DNA from: Paraspadella gotoi
Lineage: Eukaryota > Animalia > Chaetognatha
Assembly (NCBI GenBank): GCA_051294375.1
Contig: CM119268.1
Coordinates: 20,665,158-20,729,157 of the forward strand
Reading direction: 5' to 3'
DNA length: 64,000 bases
Shown here: positions 12,374 through 25,793 of the stretch, piece by piece
How positions within the stretch are numbered: the first letter of the stretch is position 1
Layout: every line of letters begins with the position of its first letter
The notes under the pieces: generated by a model
What the model was told of the DNA's origin: nothing
The model's input: the letters and a program-made list of their open reading frames with translations, nothing else
The model's database searches: none
Position numbers and translations under genes: made by a program

Positions 12374-14286
12374 TTTTTACCCTTTACCTCTTTTTCTTTT
12401 CTTTACTTCTCTTCGTTTATCTCTTGCTCGACTGGGAGGAAACTTCTCTCTCACTCTCTCTCTCTCTCTCTCTCTCNNNNNNNNNNNNNNNNNNNNNNNN
12501 NNNNNNNNNNNNNNNNNNNNNNNNNNNNNNNNNNNNNNNNNNNNNNNNNNNNNNNNNNNNNNNNNNNNNNNNNNNNNNNNNNNNNNNNNNNNNNNNNNNN
12601 NNNNNNNNNNNNNNNNNNNNNNNNNNNNNNNNNNNNNNNNNNNNNNNNNNNNNNNNNNNNNNNNNNNNNNNNNNNNNNNNNNNNNNNNNNNNNNNNNNNN
12701 NNNNNNNNNNNNNNNNNNNNNNNNNNNNNNNNGTGAACGGGGTGAAAGGTGGTGAGGGAGAGAGGGGGGTGTTGAGAAAAGGGAAATGGACTTTAGCGAT
12801 TCATTATTTGTCACTCGAATTCACTGGTGTCGATTTAAGATCTTTTTTATAAAAAGAAATTATGTATATATTTCATTTAATTCATTATCGATTTATATTT
12901 GTATAACTAAAATATTTAAAATGGATTATATTTTTAATGTCGCGACAAATTTACAATCGAGAAAAGAATTTCGCCGTCACTTTGATCAAATTACGATTGT
13001 CATTTCGAGTCCTCTCGCAAAATACGAGAGTATTAAACACATAATACCCATCTTTAAAGAATTGATTAAAATATCTGAATATTACGCGCATTATGCCTCA
13101 TTGATCGATCATTTTTTCGTCTCTTGAATAATAAAAAAACCTTCCTTCTATGCAAAATACAGTATAAACAAAAATGACTCAGTATTTTATAAAGTGTGTG
13201 ACTACTATTTTCCAATAAATCGTTTCCCTTGGGGTATGTAAGACTTTTTGTGAAACGTGGCTCATTTCTTAAAGTTGATACGATGCCCTGTGAAGTTCCA
13301 CTGTGATAAGTCGTGCGTCTAAGTCACTGGTGATTCCCACGTCCGCGCGGTTGACGTCACATGGAATCGAAGAAAAGATGACCACTCAACGACCTTGCTC
13401 ACACTGAGTCTCTCTTTCTCTCTCTCNNNNNNNNNNNNNNNNNNNNNNNNNNNNNNNNNNNNNNNNNNNNNNNNNNNNNNNNNNNNNNNNNNNNNNNNNN
13501 NNNNNNNNNNNNNNNNNNNNNNNNNNNNNNNNNNNNNNNNNNNNNNNNNNNNNNNNNNNNNNNNNNNNNNNNNNNNNNNNNNNNNNNNNNNNNNNNNNNN
13601 NNNNNNNNNNNNNNNNNNNNNNNNNNNNNNNNNNNNNNNNNNNNNNNNNNNNNNNNNNNNNNNNNNNNNNNNNNNNNNNNNNNNNNNNNNNNNNNNNAGA
13701 ATAAATCTTAGCCACCACCGCCGAGCATAAACCCATTTGTTTTTTTGCGGCCATCATTTTCATTTTTTCACTTCATTGTTCCGGAGGGAGTTGTTCCCTT
13801 TTTTTTCCTTTTCTTTCATTTCTTGGTTTTTTTTTACTTTAGAAGAAGATGAAGAAAGGGTTGTTCGATTTCTCGTCAGCATGAAAATATTTTTAATGTG
13901 AAAAAGTGAATTTCAAGTTGACATCAAACGCGACATAAAAAGAAAAAAAAAATGAAATGACCTGACATAAACGAAAGTTCGAATTAGGAGACAAAGAGTA
14001 GATTGAAATGTGAATGACTTTACTCAATACTCCGCTCTCTATTTCACGCTTTCCTCGCTTTCTACATATTTCACTCTCCGATTTTATCTTCTTCTCGCTC
14101 TTTCTTCATCCTCTCCACGCTCTACCGTCTCGCTCTCTATCCCGCTCGCGTTTCTCTCCGTTTGCTTTCTTCAGGGAATTCGTCTTTCCCTCAAAATCTC
14201 CAGGGGAGATCTGCCTCGAAAGTCTTTATTTCTTTATTTCATTTCCAATGATTTTCGTCCGATCCTCAGTTTGGGAAGGAAGACAA

Positions 14287-14349
<63 letters not shown>

Positions 14350-15524
14350 GTGCGAAGACAGATAAATAGAGGAGTGCTAGAGAGACTCCTTTTCAATTTT
14401 CAAACCGTTCGAAAATAATAATTTTTAAAAAGAAATTTCATAAACAACGAACAAATTTTCCGAGTTTCGGTCTCAAGAAAAAAAAATGAGTCAAGGACCG
14501 AGTGAACGCGACGCGAAAGCATCACTTGTATTTTTTCCTTTTTTCTCTTTAGTGAAAAAAAGAAAAACATTTTTGTGGCAAATGGAGAAAACATTTTTGT
14601 TTTTGTTTTTCAGTTTTTCAGTCTGAGAGATAGANNNNNNNNNNNNNNNNNNNNNNNNNNNNNNNNNNNNNNNNNNNNNNNNNNNNNNNNNNNNNNNNNN
14701 NNNNNNNNNNNNNNNNNNNNNNNNNNNNNNNNNNNNNNNNNNNNNNNNNNNNNNNNNNNNNNNNNNNNNNNNNNNNNNNNNNNNNNNNNNNNNNNNNNNN
14801 NNNNNNNNNNNNNNNNNNNNNNNNNNNNNNNNNNNNNNNNNNNNNNNNNNNNNNNNNNNNNNNNNNNNNNNNNNNNNNNNNNNNNNNNNNNNNNNNNNNN
14901 NNNNNNNNNNNNNNNNNNNNNNNNNNNNNNNNNNNNNNNNNNNNNNNNNNNNNNNNNNNNNNNNNNNNNNNNNNNNNNNNNNNNNNNNNNNNNNNNNNNN
15001 NNNNNNNNNNNNNNNNNNNNNNNNNNNNNNNNNNNNNNNNNNNCGACGACGACGACGACGACGACAACGTGTTACGAAAACAAAGAGGACGACCACCTGT
15101 GTTTGTAATGTATTCTAATTTTAGTGAGACATTTCAAGGTCGCTTCAATTTTAAAGAGGATAGTCAACTTTTTTTTAGAAAAACGTTGTCATCATCATCA
15201 TCATCAACATCATCATCATCAACATCATTATCATCATCCTCAATTTCATCATCATCATCATAATCATCAACATCATTATCATCATCATCATCATTATCAT
15301 CATCATCATCATCGTCGTCGTATTCATCGTCATCCTCTTAGTTGTCGTCGTCGTCCTAATGGTCGTCGTCGTCGTCGTCGCCATGGCATTTCTTGGAAAT
15401 CGCGGTTTCACTCGATCCAGAGGTTCTGTTTGGAACCGATGGATTTCGTCTTTGAGGGGGGGGGACAAAGGAGATGTGTGGACGGGAGGGTGGAAGTGAT
15501 GGGGTGAGAATGGATGATGGAGAG

Positions 15525-16020
15525 AATGGAAGGCAGAGTTAAGGAGAGGTTGATGGAGAAACAGGAAGGCAGAGTTAAAGAGAGGTTGATGGAGAAAAGG
15601 AAGGCAGAGTTAAAGAGAGGTTGAATTGAGAGAAGGAAGGCAGAGTTAAGAGAGGTTGATGGAGAAAGGAAGGCAGAGTTAAAGAAAGAGGTTGATTGAG
15701 AGAAGGAAGGCAGAGTTAAAGAGAGGTTGATGGAGAAAGGAAGCAGAGTTAAGAAGAGGTTGATGGAGAAAAGGAAGGCAGATTAAAAAGAGAGGTTGAT
15801 GAGAAGAAGGAAGCAGAGTTAAAGACGAGTGTTGATGGAGAAAGACAGGGAAAGGCAGAGTTACAAGAGAGGTTATGATGAAGAAAAGGAAGGCAGAGTT
15901 AAAGAGAGGTTGATGGAGAAAAGGAAGGCAGAGTTTAGAGAGGTTGATGAGATAAAAGGAAGGCATGAGTAAAGAGAGGTTGATGGAGAAAAGGAAGGCA
16001 AGAGTTAAAAAGAGGTTGAA
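15525..16020. repeat. ~35-bp minisatellite
   Basis: Unit GAGAGGTTGATGGAGAAAAGGAAGGCAGAGTTAAA, about 14 copies, some with indel noise. Confidence 0.9.
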
Positions 16021-16320
16021 GTATAAAAGAGTGGAAAAAGAAAAGAAAAAGAAGAATTTTTATATTGAGATTCAGATGATGATGATGATGATGATGACGA
16101 TGATGATTTTGAAGATGATGATGACGATAATGATGAATACGGTGATGATGCTGATGATAATGACGATTATGCTGATGAAGATGATGATGATGATGATAAT
16201 GATGATTACGATGATGACGCTGATGATAATGACAATGATTATGATGATGATGATGATGAAGATGATTATGATGATGATCTTGGTGGTCAACGTTTGTAAA
16301 CAAGAAATTACTTTAAATCT

Positions 16321-17302
16321 TTTTAGTCGGACTCTATAATTCACTTTGTCGGTTAGTCGGTCCGCCCCCTCAATATTGTCGGGCACTGACTTATATCATG
16401 TCAGAACATCGAATTATGATAAATTATGCAAAAAAAATAATGTCAGTCCGTCCGTCCGTCTGTCCGTTGGTCCCACCTTAGCAAAAAACACCATTTCCTC
16501 GTGATTTGATGGATGGATTGGAATGAAATTTTGTGTGTGAGAAGGGAAGTTTATAATTGAAATGGATATGAAGTTTCGATGGAATCGTTCTAGTGGAAAT
16601 GAGTTAAAATGGAAAAAACAAGAAAATATATTTCATTATTTGAAAACTAATTACTCATGAGTGGATGGGGCGATTGACTAGCAATTTTGTATGTGGGTAG
16701 GAAAGTTTGTGGTTAAGCTGGAAATCAAGTTTCGATTGAATCGTCTTAGTGGAAATGAGTTTAAATGGAAAAAACAAAAAACCTGTTTCACTAATTGATT
16801 ATTAAATATTAAATATAAATGCAAGATGAATTAATTAATCAAATAATTAATCACTTAATTAATCAATTAGTCAACTAATTAATCAATAATTAATTAATCA
16901 TTCAATTTATTATTCAGTTAATAAATTCATTTATCTATTAATTAATTATTCAATCAATTCATTTATCTATTAATTAATTATTCAATCAATTTTTTTATCA
17001 TTAATTAATTATTCAATCAATAAATTTATTTATCAATTAATTAATTATTCAATCAGTCAATCAATCAAATAAGTCAATCGTTATCGGCATTGTTGTCGTC
17101 GTCGTCGCCATCATCGTCGTCGTTGCTTTTGTCGTGGTCACTGACGAAAACACCTAGAAACAAACATTTTGGATCAAATTAATTAATTAATCGCCTAATT
17201 GATAATCAACTTGAATTAATTAATAAATTAATTAATTAATAAATTAATTAATTCCCGCTAATGATTGTGGGCAGGTCCGATATTGTTTGCTCAAACTTGT
17301 TT
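16321..17302 (+). mobile_element. HINE/DINE-1-like element, family 1 (5' hairpin deleted)
   Basis: TTTTAGTCGG-ACTCTATAATTCACTTTGTCGGT start, (GTCC)n, and the end GGCAGGTCCGATATTGTTTGCTCAAACTTGTTT; colinear with 22867-23563. Confidence 0.7.
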
Positions 17303-17809
17303 TACTTGAAAACTCAAGAAAACGGCTAAATTTGACACAAACTCTGTCAGAGAGTTGGACATTGAAAACACAGGAAAACAAAACATAACCGCCAAACAAA
17401 ACAAAAGCTTAATTCATTTTTTCGAGCAATATATAAAATTTCGGTTTTAAAAAAAATTGAAAAACGATCAAAAATAAAACCATCTCTAGAAACTGGCCGC
17501 TTTTGTCTTTCGATCGATACCCATTACATAATATGACCAGAAAATTCTCCAGCAACTGTCCATTTTTACCATTTTTCCAACACATGTATAGTAACAAGAT
17601 TTAGAATTTTTTTTAAAGGAAAAGAAAAAGAAAAGGAAAATGAAAAGGAAAGGAAAAGGAAAAGGAAAACCAGACTTGACGCCCTTCAGTTATCCTGACT
17701 GTGATCCTCTTGTCTATTAGGAATGAGAGGTGGTCAAGACAGAAGTCAAACGCGCTTTCTTCATAACTGTTTAGTTCATGAAATTAGGGATGTTGTTAGG
17801 AATCAGAGA

Positions 17810-18078
17810 TTTGAGTGGGCGTGGTTTGCAAAAGGTTTTTTGAAGTGCATGGTCGATAAAAGCTTTTTGAGTGCCGTGGTTTCCAAAATAAACTTTTTGA
17901 GTGGGCGTGTCAACAAAGAGCTTTCTTGATTGGCCGTGTTGAAAAAACTTTTGAGTGGCGTGGTTGAAAAAATTTTTGAGTCGGGCCCGTGGTTTCGAAA
18001 AAGCTTTTTGAGTGGGCGTGGTCAAAAAGGTTTTTGAGTGGGCATGGTTGAAAAAGCTTTTTGAGTGGGCGCGGTCGC
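17810..18078. repeat. ~29-bp degenerate tandem array carrying GAGTGGGCGTGG
   Basis: About 9 units of TTTTGAGTGGGCGTGGT..AAAAAG. Confidence 0.8.
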
Positions 18079-19989
18079 ATAAGCTTGCGCCGCCTTTCGT
18101 GGATACTTGCAGGATTGTTTGAATGGACTGTATTGTCTAGACAATTTTTTTACATTTATGCCAATTTTTATTACTTTACATTTTTATTTACCCATTTTAA
18201 ATATTTTTTAAATATTTTCCGAAAAGTCCTGGACCTCCCCGTACCAAATTTGAAGCTAAAAATCGGAGTCAAAGTCTGAATGTTGAAAAAAAAAGAACAA
18301 AATTTAAAAAAAGTTTTTAAAAGTCGAAGCAGCGACCTTAAAGAAAGAAAAAAGTCGCTTCTGAGACGAAAACAGAAGAAACGGCCAAAGGAGAACAAAA
18401 ATGGTACAAGGAACTTGAAAAAGAATCCAGTTAAGACGTCGCAGAACAGAGAGAGAGATTGAGAGAGAAGAAGAGAGAGAGAGATGCCCTTGTCACCGGG
18501 CGTGGACGAAAGGGCCATGCCCGTAGGAGACTCTCTTTGTATCTCTCTGTCTCTGTCTTCCCAGCTCTCTCATCACCACCCTCCCCCCTCTTTCGGCGCA
18601 NNNNNNNNNNNNNNNNNNNNNNNNNNNNNNNNCTCTCTCTCTCACACACACATTGTTTGTTTGACTCACCTTTTTTGTTCGGGGTGAAAGTCGTATTCTG
18701 GGATCAAGAATTGAAGCCAGAATTTGTTGAGAAAATCACGTGATCTTTCGTGAATTGGTTGAGACAATCACGTGATATTTCTTCTTTTTTCCTTTGAATT
18801 CAAACCCCGTGTCCGCGAGTGACCCGAAAAAATATTTACTATACTTTAACTATTTATTAAATATAATTCATAAGTATATCATTAGTTAGAGAATTACTGG
18901 AAGTTTTTTATGTATATATTTTATAATAAAATTGGCGAAAAAAGACCATTTTAGGTGTGTTCTTGATTTAATTTAAAAAAAGTTTACATCATAAGATATC
19001 TCTATTAATGGTCTTTTCAATGGCGTATCTGAATTGTAATGTTGAGTAATTTCTGAGTAATGATTTTTTAATTGTAAATCTTAAGGTTTCTTGATACAAT
19101 ACGTCCAATTAGAAAAAAATGCTGTCCTGAGCATGTTCTTGACTGTTTTCAATAATTATTTTATATCATAAGGAGTCCCAGATAATTTTTAATCTTATGG
19201 TATCAACACATTTTAATAATTTTAAGTAATTAATGAGTAATTAATTTATAATGATTTTCTTTTTTTTAAAGATTCAGTTTTTTACTGAAGATGAAATTGG
19301 ATGACCATTAAAGAAAGGTTGTTTTCCATAAGTAAATATAAAATAAATCTCATGAAATTAAAATAAAATAAACGTCCAGTACCTTGCTAAAGAATGAGGA
19401 AATGGATTTTTTGGTGTCACTCGCGAACGGAGACGNNNNNNNNNNNNNNNNNNNNNNNNNNNNNNNNNNNNNNNNNNNNNNNNNNNNNNNNNNNNNNNNN
19501 NNNNNNNNNNNNNNNNNNNNNNNNNNNNNNNNNNNNNNNNNNNNNNNNNNNNNNNNNNNNNNNNNNNNNNNNNNNNNNNNNNNNNNNNNNNNNNNNNNNN
19601 NNNNNNNNNNNNNNNNNNNNNNNNNNNNNNNNNNNNNNNNNNNNNNNNNNNAAAAAAAAAAGAAAAACAAAGGAAATAAAATAAGGAAAAAAAGGAAAAC
19701 GGGGAATGAAAATAAAATCTTCGAAAAAAATGAGGAAAAAAAAGGGAAAGAAAAAGGAAAAAAGAAAAAAAGAAAAAAAAAAGAAACGAGGTGACGAATG
19801 AAGCGAAAACAATCGACGAGAAAGGCCGAAGAAAAGAAAGGGTTAGGAACTCAGATATCTCTAGGAGGTAGAGGAGGAGGAAATAGAAAAGGAGGAAAGA
19901 AAATTGGAGGAAAGAGAAAGGGAGGAAAAAAGGGAGGAAATAGAAAGATAGGAAAGGGAAAAGAAAAAAAGGGAAAGGGAGGAGAGAAA

Positions 19990-20385
19990 AATGGAGGAAA
20001 GGGAGGAAAGATAAATGGAAAAAAGAGAAAGGGAGGAGAGAAAAAGGGAGGAAAGGGAGGAAAGAGAAATGGAAAAAAGAGAAAGGGAGGAGAGAAAAAG
20101 GGAGGAAAGGGAGGAAAGAGAAATGGAAAAAAGAGAAAGGGAGGAGAGAAAAAGGGAGGAAAGGGAGGAAAGAGAAATGGAAAAAAGAGAAAGGGAGGAG
20201 AGAAAAAGGGAGGAAAGGGAGGAAAGAGAAATGGAAAAAAGAGAAAAGGAGGAGAGAAAAAGGGAGGAAAGGGAGGAAAGAGAAATGGAAAAAAGAGAAA
20301 GGGAGGAGAAAAAAAAGGAGGAAAGGGAGGAAAGAGAAACGGAAAAAAGAGAAAGGGAGGAGAGAAAAAAGGAGGAAAGAGAAAA
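19990..20385. repeat. 54-bp purine minisatellite
   Basis: Exact 18-aa periodicity (GGKGGKRNGKKRKGGEKK) in the ORF track; almost only A and G. Confidence 0.9.
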
Positions 20386-20654
20386 GAAAAAGTTGGAAGA
20401 TATTACTAGATATATAAACAGAGGGAATAGTATCATTGCGAAATAAAAAAAATAAATATCCTGAAAGCTAAAAATAGCAAAATAATGAAGAGACAGATTC
20501 AGCGGAAAATTCATTCAGGTGTTTGAGGCACCACTATAAATAAAAAAAAATATTAAAGAGTAAATGATCAAAAATAAAACCAATTAAAAATAGAGATTAA
20601 ATTAAAATTAAGACTAAAAACGAAAAAAAACCGGGAAAACAAAAAAGAAGAGAG

Positions 20655-20880
20655 GTGTGGGATATGACGGGCAATTGACGTTGAATTGGCGCGAAACCAG
20701 GCGAATCGTCGAGCGCGTAGCGGCGCCGACGTCAAGGGCGCCTCACTGCGCCTTCACCGTGACGTCAAAGTGACGTCAAAGTGTCGGCAACTCGACGAGG
20801 AGAAGTTTAGGGTCGTTCCCTAGTCGTGGAGCGGTTGGCTCCGTTACGTCCTGATCTAAATTAAGGCGCGAGTCCTGCGT
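20655..20880. promoter_or_regulatory. CpG-rich island with tandem CRE palindromes and an E2F-like site (putative promoter/enhancer)
   Basis: TGACGTCA at 20760-20767 and 20771-20778, further TGACG/CGTCA half-sites, and TTGGCGCGAAA at 20686-20696, set in an AT-rich background. Confidence 0.4.
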
Positions 20881-20933
<53 letters not shown>

Positions 20934-21056
20934 GTTTCACTTGACGTCGATTTGAATTTGCAAATTCATTTTGACTTTTTGTTCTCTGTTTTAACTTATC
21001 TCCTCCTGAGCCTCATTCTCGATTCTCACTTACCCTTAATATTTGACTCATTCGTC

Positions 21057-21437
21057 TCTCTTTCAATAATCTATGTTTCCTCTCTTTACTCTCTTTCAAT
21101 AATCTATGTTCCCTCTCTTAACTCTGCTCTCTTTCAATAATCTATGTTCCCTCTCTTAACTCTACTCTCTTTCAATAATCTATGTTCCCTCTCTTAACTC
21201 TACTCTCTTTCAATAATCTATGTTTCCTCTCTTAACTCTACTCTCTTTCAATAATCTATGTTTCCTCTCTTAACTCAACTCTCTCTCAATAATCTATGTT
21301 TTTTCTCTTAACTCTACTCTCTTTCAATAATCTATGTTTCCTCTCTTAACTCTACTCTCTTTCAATAATCTATGTTTCCTCTCTTAACTCTACTCTCTTT
21401 CAATAATCTATGTTTCCTCTCTTAACTCTACTCTCTT
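21057..21437. repeat. 38-bp minisatellite, ~10 copies
   Basis: Unit CTCTTTCAATAATCTATGTTTCCTCTCTTAACTCTACT. Confidence 0.9.
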
Positions 21438-21780
21438 TATCTTACTTTTCTCTTCTTTTTATTTTTTCTTCTTTCTCCCTACAACGGATACGCCCAGATA
21501 TTCTCCCTCTTTCTCTCAATCTCTCTCTCTTTTTCTTGCTTATTCTTATCTCGTTCGTTGCAGGAAATTTTTACAATATTTGACAGGTTTTCTTCTATTT
21601 TTATTCCTCTATTCCTATATTCTTCGCCTTTTTTGTAATATTTGTGTTTTTTTTTCTTCAGTCGGTAACCTGGTTACCGAGCGGCTGGGGGAAAAAAGAA
21701 AAAAATTTGAGAAATACGAACTCGCAAAAGTAGGAAATAAAATTTTATTTGCACGCGAAAAAAATCAGAATGAAAAAAAG

Positions 21781-21912
<132 letters not shown>

Positions 21913-22063
21913 GACGGACAACAATGAAAACTACCTCAAGAGAAGGAAAGATGTGAGAAAAAAGATATAAGGGAGTAGTCTTTTCATACAATTGAAACAT
22001 TCTTTAAAACATTATACCACTTCATTGATAGGGAAGCCAGGTACTCTGGGAGTGAATAAAGGA

Positions 22064-22210
22064 GACTGTGAGAGAGTCTTGATTGAAAGCTTGCAGGGAC
22101 CTGCTATATCATTATCTTGTAAGAGTGATGGAGGCCTTAAACCACCAAAGCCTGTCCAAAGTTAAATGAATGGATAATTTTTTATATTGGTTGTACCAAT
22201 TTCATAAGAT
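22064..22210 (+). repeat. Dispersed repeat, unclassified family
   Basis: Shares segments with 6040-6148(-), 10219-10331 and 46272-46390. Confidence 0.75.
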
Positions 22211-22289
22211 AAGGAGAAAAAGAGTTTAGAAACTGGAAGGATAAAAAAGGGAAAAAAAGAAAGAACGAAATATAAAAGAAAGAAAAAGA

Positions 22290-22815
22290 GACAGAGAGAT
22301 CTTCTCCCGGGTCTAATGACATCCATTTNNNNNNNNNNNNNNNNNNNNNNNNNNNNNNNNNNNNNNNNNNNNNNNNNNNNNNNNNNNNNNNNNNNNNNNN
22401 NNNNNNNNNNNNNNNNNNNNNNNNNNNNNNNNNNNNNNNNNNNNNNNNNNNNNNNNNNNNNNNNNNNNNNNNNNNNNNNNNNNNNNNNNNNNNNNNNNNN
22501 NNNNNNNNNNNNNNNNNNNNNNNNNNNNNNNNNNNNNNNNNNNNNNNNNNNNNNNNNNNNNNNNNNNNNNNNNNNNNNNNNNNNNNNNNNNNNNNNNNNN
22601 NNNNNNNNNNNNNNNNNNNNNNNNNNNNNNNNNNNNNNNNNNNNNNNNNNNNNNNNNNNNNNNNNNNNNNNNNNNNNNNNNNNNNNNNNNNNNNNNNNNN
22701 NNNNNNNNNCTAATGACATCCATTTTAAGACAGAGAGATCTTCTCCCGGGTCTAATGACATCCATTTAAAGACAGAGAGATCTTCTCGCGGGGCTAATGA
22801 CATCCATTTTAAGAC
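22290..22815. repeat. 42-bp minisatellite spanning a gap
   Basis: Unit GACAGAGAGATCTTCTCCCGGGTCTAATGACATCCATTTTAA on both sides of the N run. Confidence 0.85.
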
Positions 22816-22866
22816 TTGAAACAATTTTTTTTATTTCTTTTTCTAAAAACCTTTTTGGGTCTGAAA

Positions 22867-23563
22867 TTTTTAGTCGGATCTGCTAATCAGCAAATCCCGA
22901 CTCTATAATTCACTTTGTCGGTCCCTCGGTCCGCCCCCTCAATATTGTTTGGCATTTATTTATGTATGTCATGTCAGAACATCCAATTATGTCTGTCCGT
23001 CCGTCCATCTGTCCTTCCGTCCTACCTTAGCATAGAACTCCAATTACTCATGATTGGATGGGTAGGGAAGTGTGTGATTGAGCTGGATATGAAGTTTCGA
23101 TGGAATCTTCCGAGTGGAAATGAGTTTTAATAGAAAAAACAAAAAAAATGTTTTACTAATTGATTATTTTTCTTTTTCTTTTGATATTAAATGTAAATAC
23201 AAGATGTATTAATTAATCAAATAATTAATCAGTTAATCAATTAGTCATTTAATTAATCAATAGTTAATTAATCAGTCACTTAATCAATCAAATAATTATT
23301 CAATAAATTAATTATCTATCTATTATTTATCTATTAGTTAATTATTTAATCAATAAATTTATTTATCAATTAATTAATTATTTCATCAATCAATCAATCA
23401 AGTTTATCGTTATCGGAATTATTGTCGTCCTCACCATCATTGTCGTCGTTGCTTTTGTCAAAAAAACCTAAAAACAAATATTTCGGATCAAATTAATTAA
23501 TTTATTAATTAATTACCGCTAATGATCGTGGGCAGATCCGACATTGTTTGCTCAAACTTGTTT
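22867..23563 (+). mobile_element. HINE/DINE-1-like element, family 1 (best-preserved copy)
   Basis: Perfect 11-bp asymmetric inverted repeats GTCGGATCTGC (22873-22883) and GCAGATCCGAC (23532-23542); 5' hairpin GTCGG...CCGAC; (GTCC)n; 3' stem-loop GTTTGCTCAAAC; T-run flanks. Confidence 0.75.
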
Positions 23564-23789
23564 CTTTCAGATTTACTTTCTGGGCCCTGACAATTCTCCA
23601 GAGAGCTATTTAGTATTTACACAACCAACTATATTTTTTGCTGTAAATTTAAATTTTGTAACTTTTAATTCATTAATAATTTTGACAAATAGTTTTACAG
23701 ATCATTGTTTTTGAAATACTTTTTCATTCTTCAAAACTGTTCCTTCCACAAATGATTTTGTATTCTGTCCGCATAACAAACTTTGAACA

Positions 23790-25090
23790 TTTCATCTCCT
23801 CCCATCTTCTGTTCTCTTTTGATCTTTTCTATTCTGGTCTTTTCTTTTCTTTTGTTTCTTTTCTTTTCTTTTATTTTCTCTTTTTTTCTCTTCTCTTCTC
23901 TCCTCTTTTCTTCTCTTCTCTTTTCTTCTCTTCTCTTCTCTTCTCTTCTCTTCACTTATCCTCTCTTCTTTTCTCTTCTCTTCTCTTCTCTTTTCTTCTT
24001 TTCTTTTCTTTTCTTTTCTTTTTTTTCCTTTCTTTCCTTTTCTTTCTTTTTTCTTTTTCTTTTCTTTTCTCTTTTCTTCTCTTCTATTCTCTCCTCTTTT
24101 CTTCTCTTCTCTCCTCTTTTCTTCTCTTTTCTTGTCTTCTCTTCTCTTCTCTTCTCTTCTCTTCTCTTCTCTTCTCTTCACTTATCCTCTCTTCTTTTCT
24201 CTTCTCTTCTCTTCTCTTTTCTTTTCTTCTTTTCTTTTCTTTCCTTTCTTTTTTCTTTTTCTTTTCTTTTCTCTTTTCTTCTCTTCTCTTCTCTCCTCTT
24301 TTCTTCTCTTTTCTTCTCTTCTCTTCTATTTTTTCTTTTCTTTTCTTTTCTTTTCTCTTCTCTTCTTTCTAATCCAACCCCCTCAAAAAAAAAGAAACGA
24401 CCTTGGTTCGACCTTGGTCCTTCTCTTCTCTTTTCTTGTCTTCTCTCCTCTTTTCTTCTCTTTTCTTCTCTTCTCTTCTCTTCTATTTTTTTCTTTTCTT
24501 TTCTTTTCTTTTCTTTTCTTTTCTTTTCCTTTTTTTTCCTTTCCTTTCCTTTCCTTTCTTTTTTCCTTTTCTTTTCTTTTCTCCTTTCTTCTCTTCTCTT
24601 CTCTCCTCTTTTCTTCTCTCTTTTTTTCTCTTCTCTTCTCTTCTCTTCTCTTCTCTTCTCTTCTCTTCTCTTCTCTTCTTTCTATTCCAACCCCCCTCAA
24701 AAAAACAGCAACGACCTTGGTTCGACCTTGGTTCTTCTCTTTTTNNNNNNNNNNNNNNNNNNNNNNNNNNNNNNNNNNNNNNNNNNNNNNNNNNNNNNNN
24801 NNNNNNNNNNNNNNNNNNNNNNNNNNNNNNNNNNNNNNNNNNNNNNNNNNNNNNNNNNNNNNNNNNNNNNNNNNNNNNNNNNNNNNNNNNNNNNNNNNNN
24901 NNNNNNNNNNNNNNNNNNNNNNNNNNNNNNNNNNNNNNNNNNNNNNNNNNNNNNNNNNNNNNNNNNNNNNNNNNNNNNNNNNNNNNNNNNNNNNNNNNNN
25001 NNNNNNTCTCTTCTCTTCTCTTTTCTTCTCTTCTCTTCTTTTTATTCCAACCCCCCTCAAAAAAACAACAACGACCTTGGTTCGTTCTTT
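23790..25090. repeat. (TCTTC)n/(TTTTC)n pyrimidine tract with ~330-bp higher-order repeat
   Basis: Recurring marker CCAACCCCCTCAAAAAA...ACGACCTTGGTTCG near 24375, 24690 and 25050. Confidence 0.85.
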
Positions 25091-25793
25091 ATTTCCTAAT
25101 TTTAAATTGCGACTCAATTAATTTTAATCGATTTCGATTTGAGTTCCGTTCGCACCACCGCCCTACCGCTCCACCGCCCCACCGCTCCACCACCCCACCG
25201 CACCACCGGCTCATCCCCCCTCCGACAGAAGCCCGATTGTAAGCCCAACTTTTTATATTTCATTTGTCATAAAATTTCCAGTTTTATATTTTAATCATTT
25301 TTTTGTGCCAACGAAATTTCCCCACTTCGTCGCTGTCAGTCCTAACTTTTTGACTTGACTTATTTTCACTCATTTAATGATTTATTTTCTTTTTTTTATG
25401 CTTCACTTATCGTCGTTTTCATCCTTGATTCTCCCGCACTTTTCTTCTTTTTTTTGAGGAAAGAAAAAAAAGGGAAGAAATTAGACAAAATTTTTTGGGG
25501 AAAGGAAAGTAGGAAAGAAAAAGAAATAAGGAGAGAAAAAAAGTTTAAATCTGGTAACAGTGCCTAAAAAAATGGTAAAATAAACGTGGAGGAAAAAATT
25601 AAGTTTTTAATCAAAACTTAGATAAGTTTGAAATCGATCTATTACAAGGTATAAACGGGGGAAATAAAATAGAAAAAAGAAAAAAGAAGAAAAATTTAAA
25701 AAATTTAAAAAAGAATTCAATTTTCGGGACAGAAAAGAAGAAAAAGAAATAAATGGACATCGAAAGAGNNNNNNNNNNNNNNNNNNNNNNNNN

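Noticed and set aside
19285-19330. CTGAAGATG...GAAA as a possible second hammerhead
   Set aside because: Stem II and the cleavage-site helix cannot be formed convincingly.
19798-20409. 203-aa Gly/Lys-rich histone-like ORF
   Set aside because: Purine-only 54-bp minisatellite with no synonymous variation pattern or splice support.
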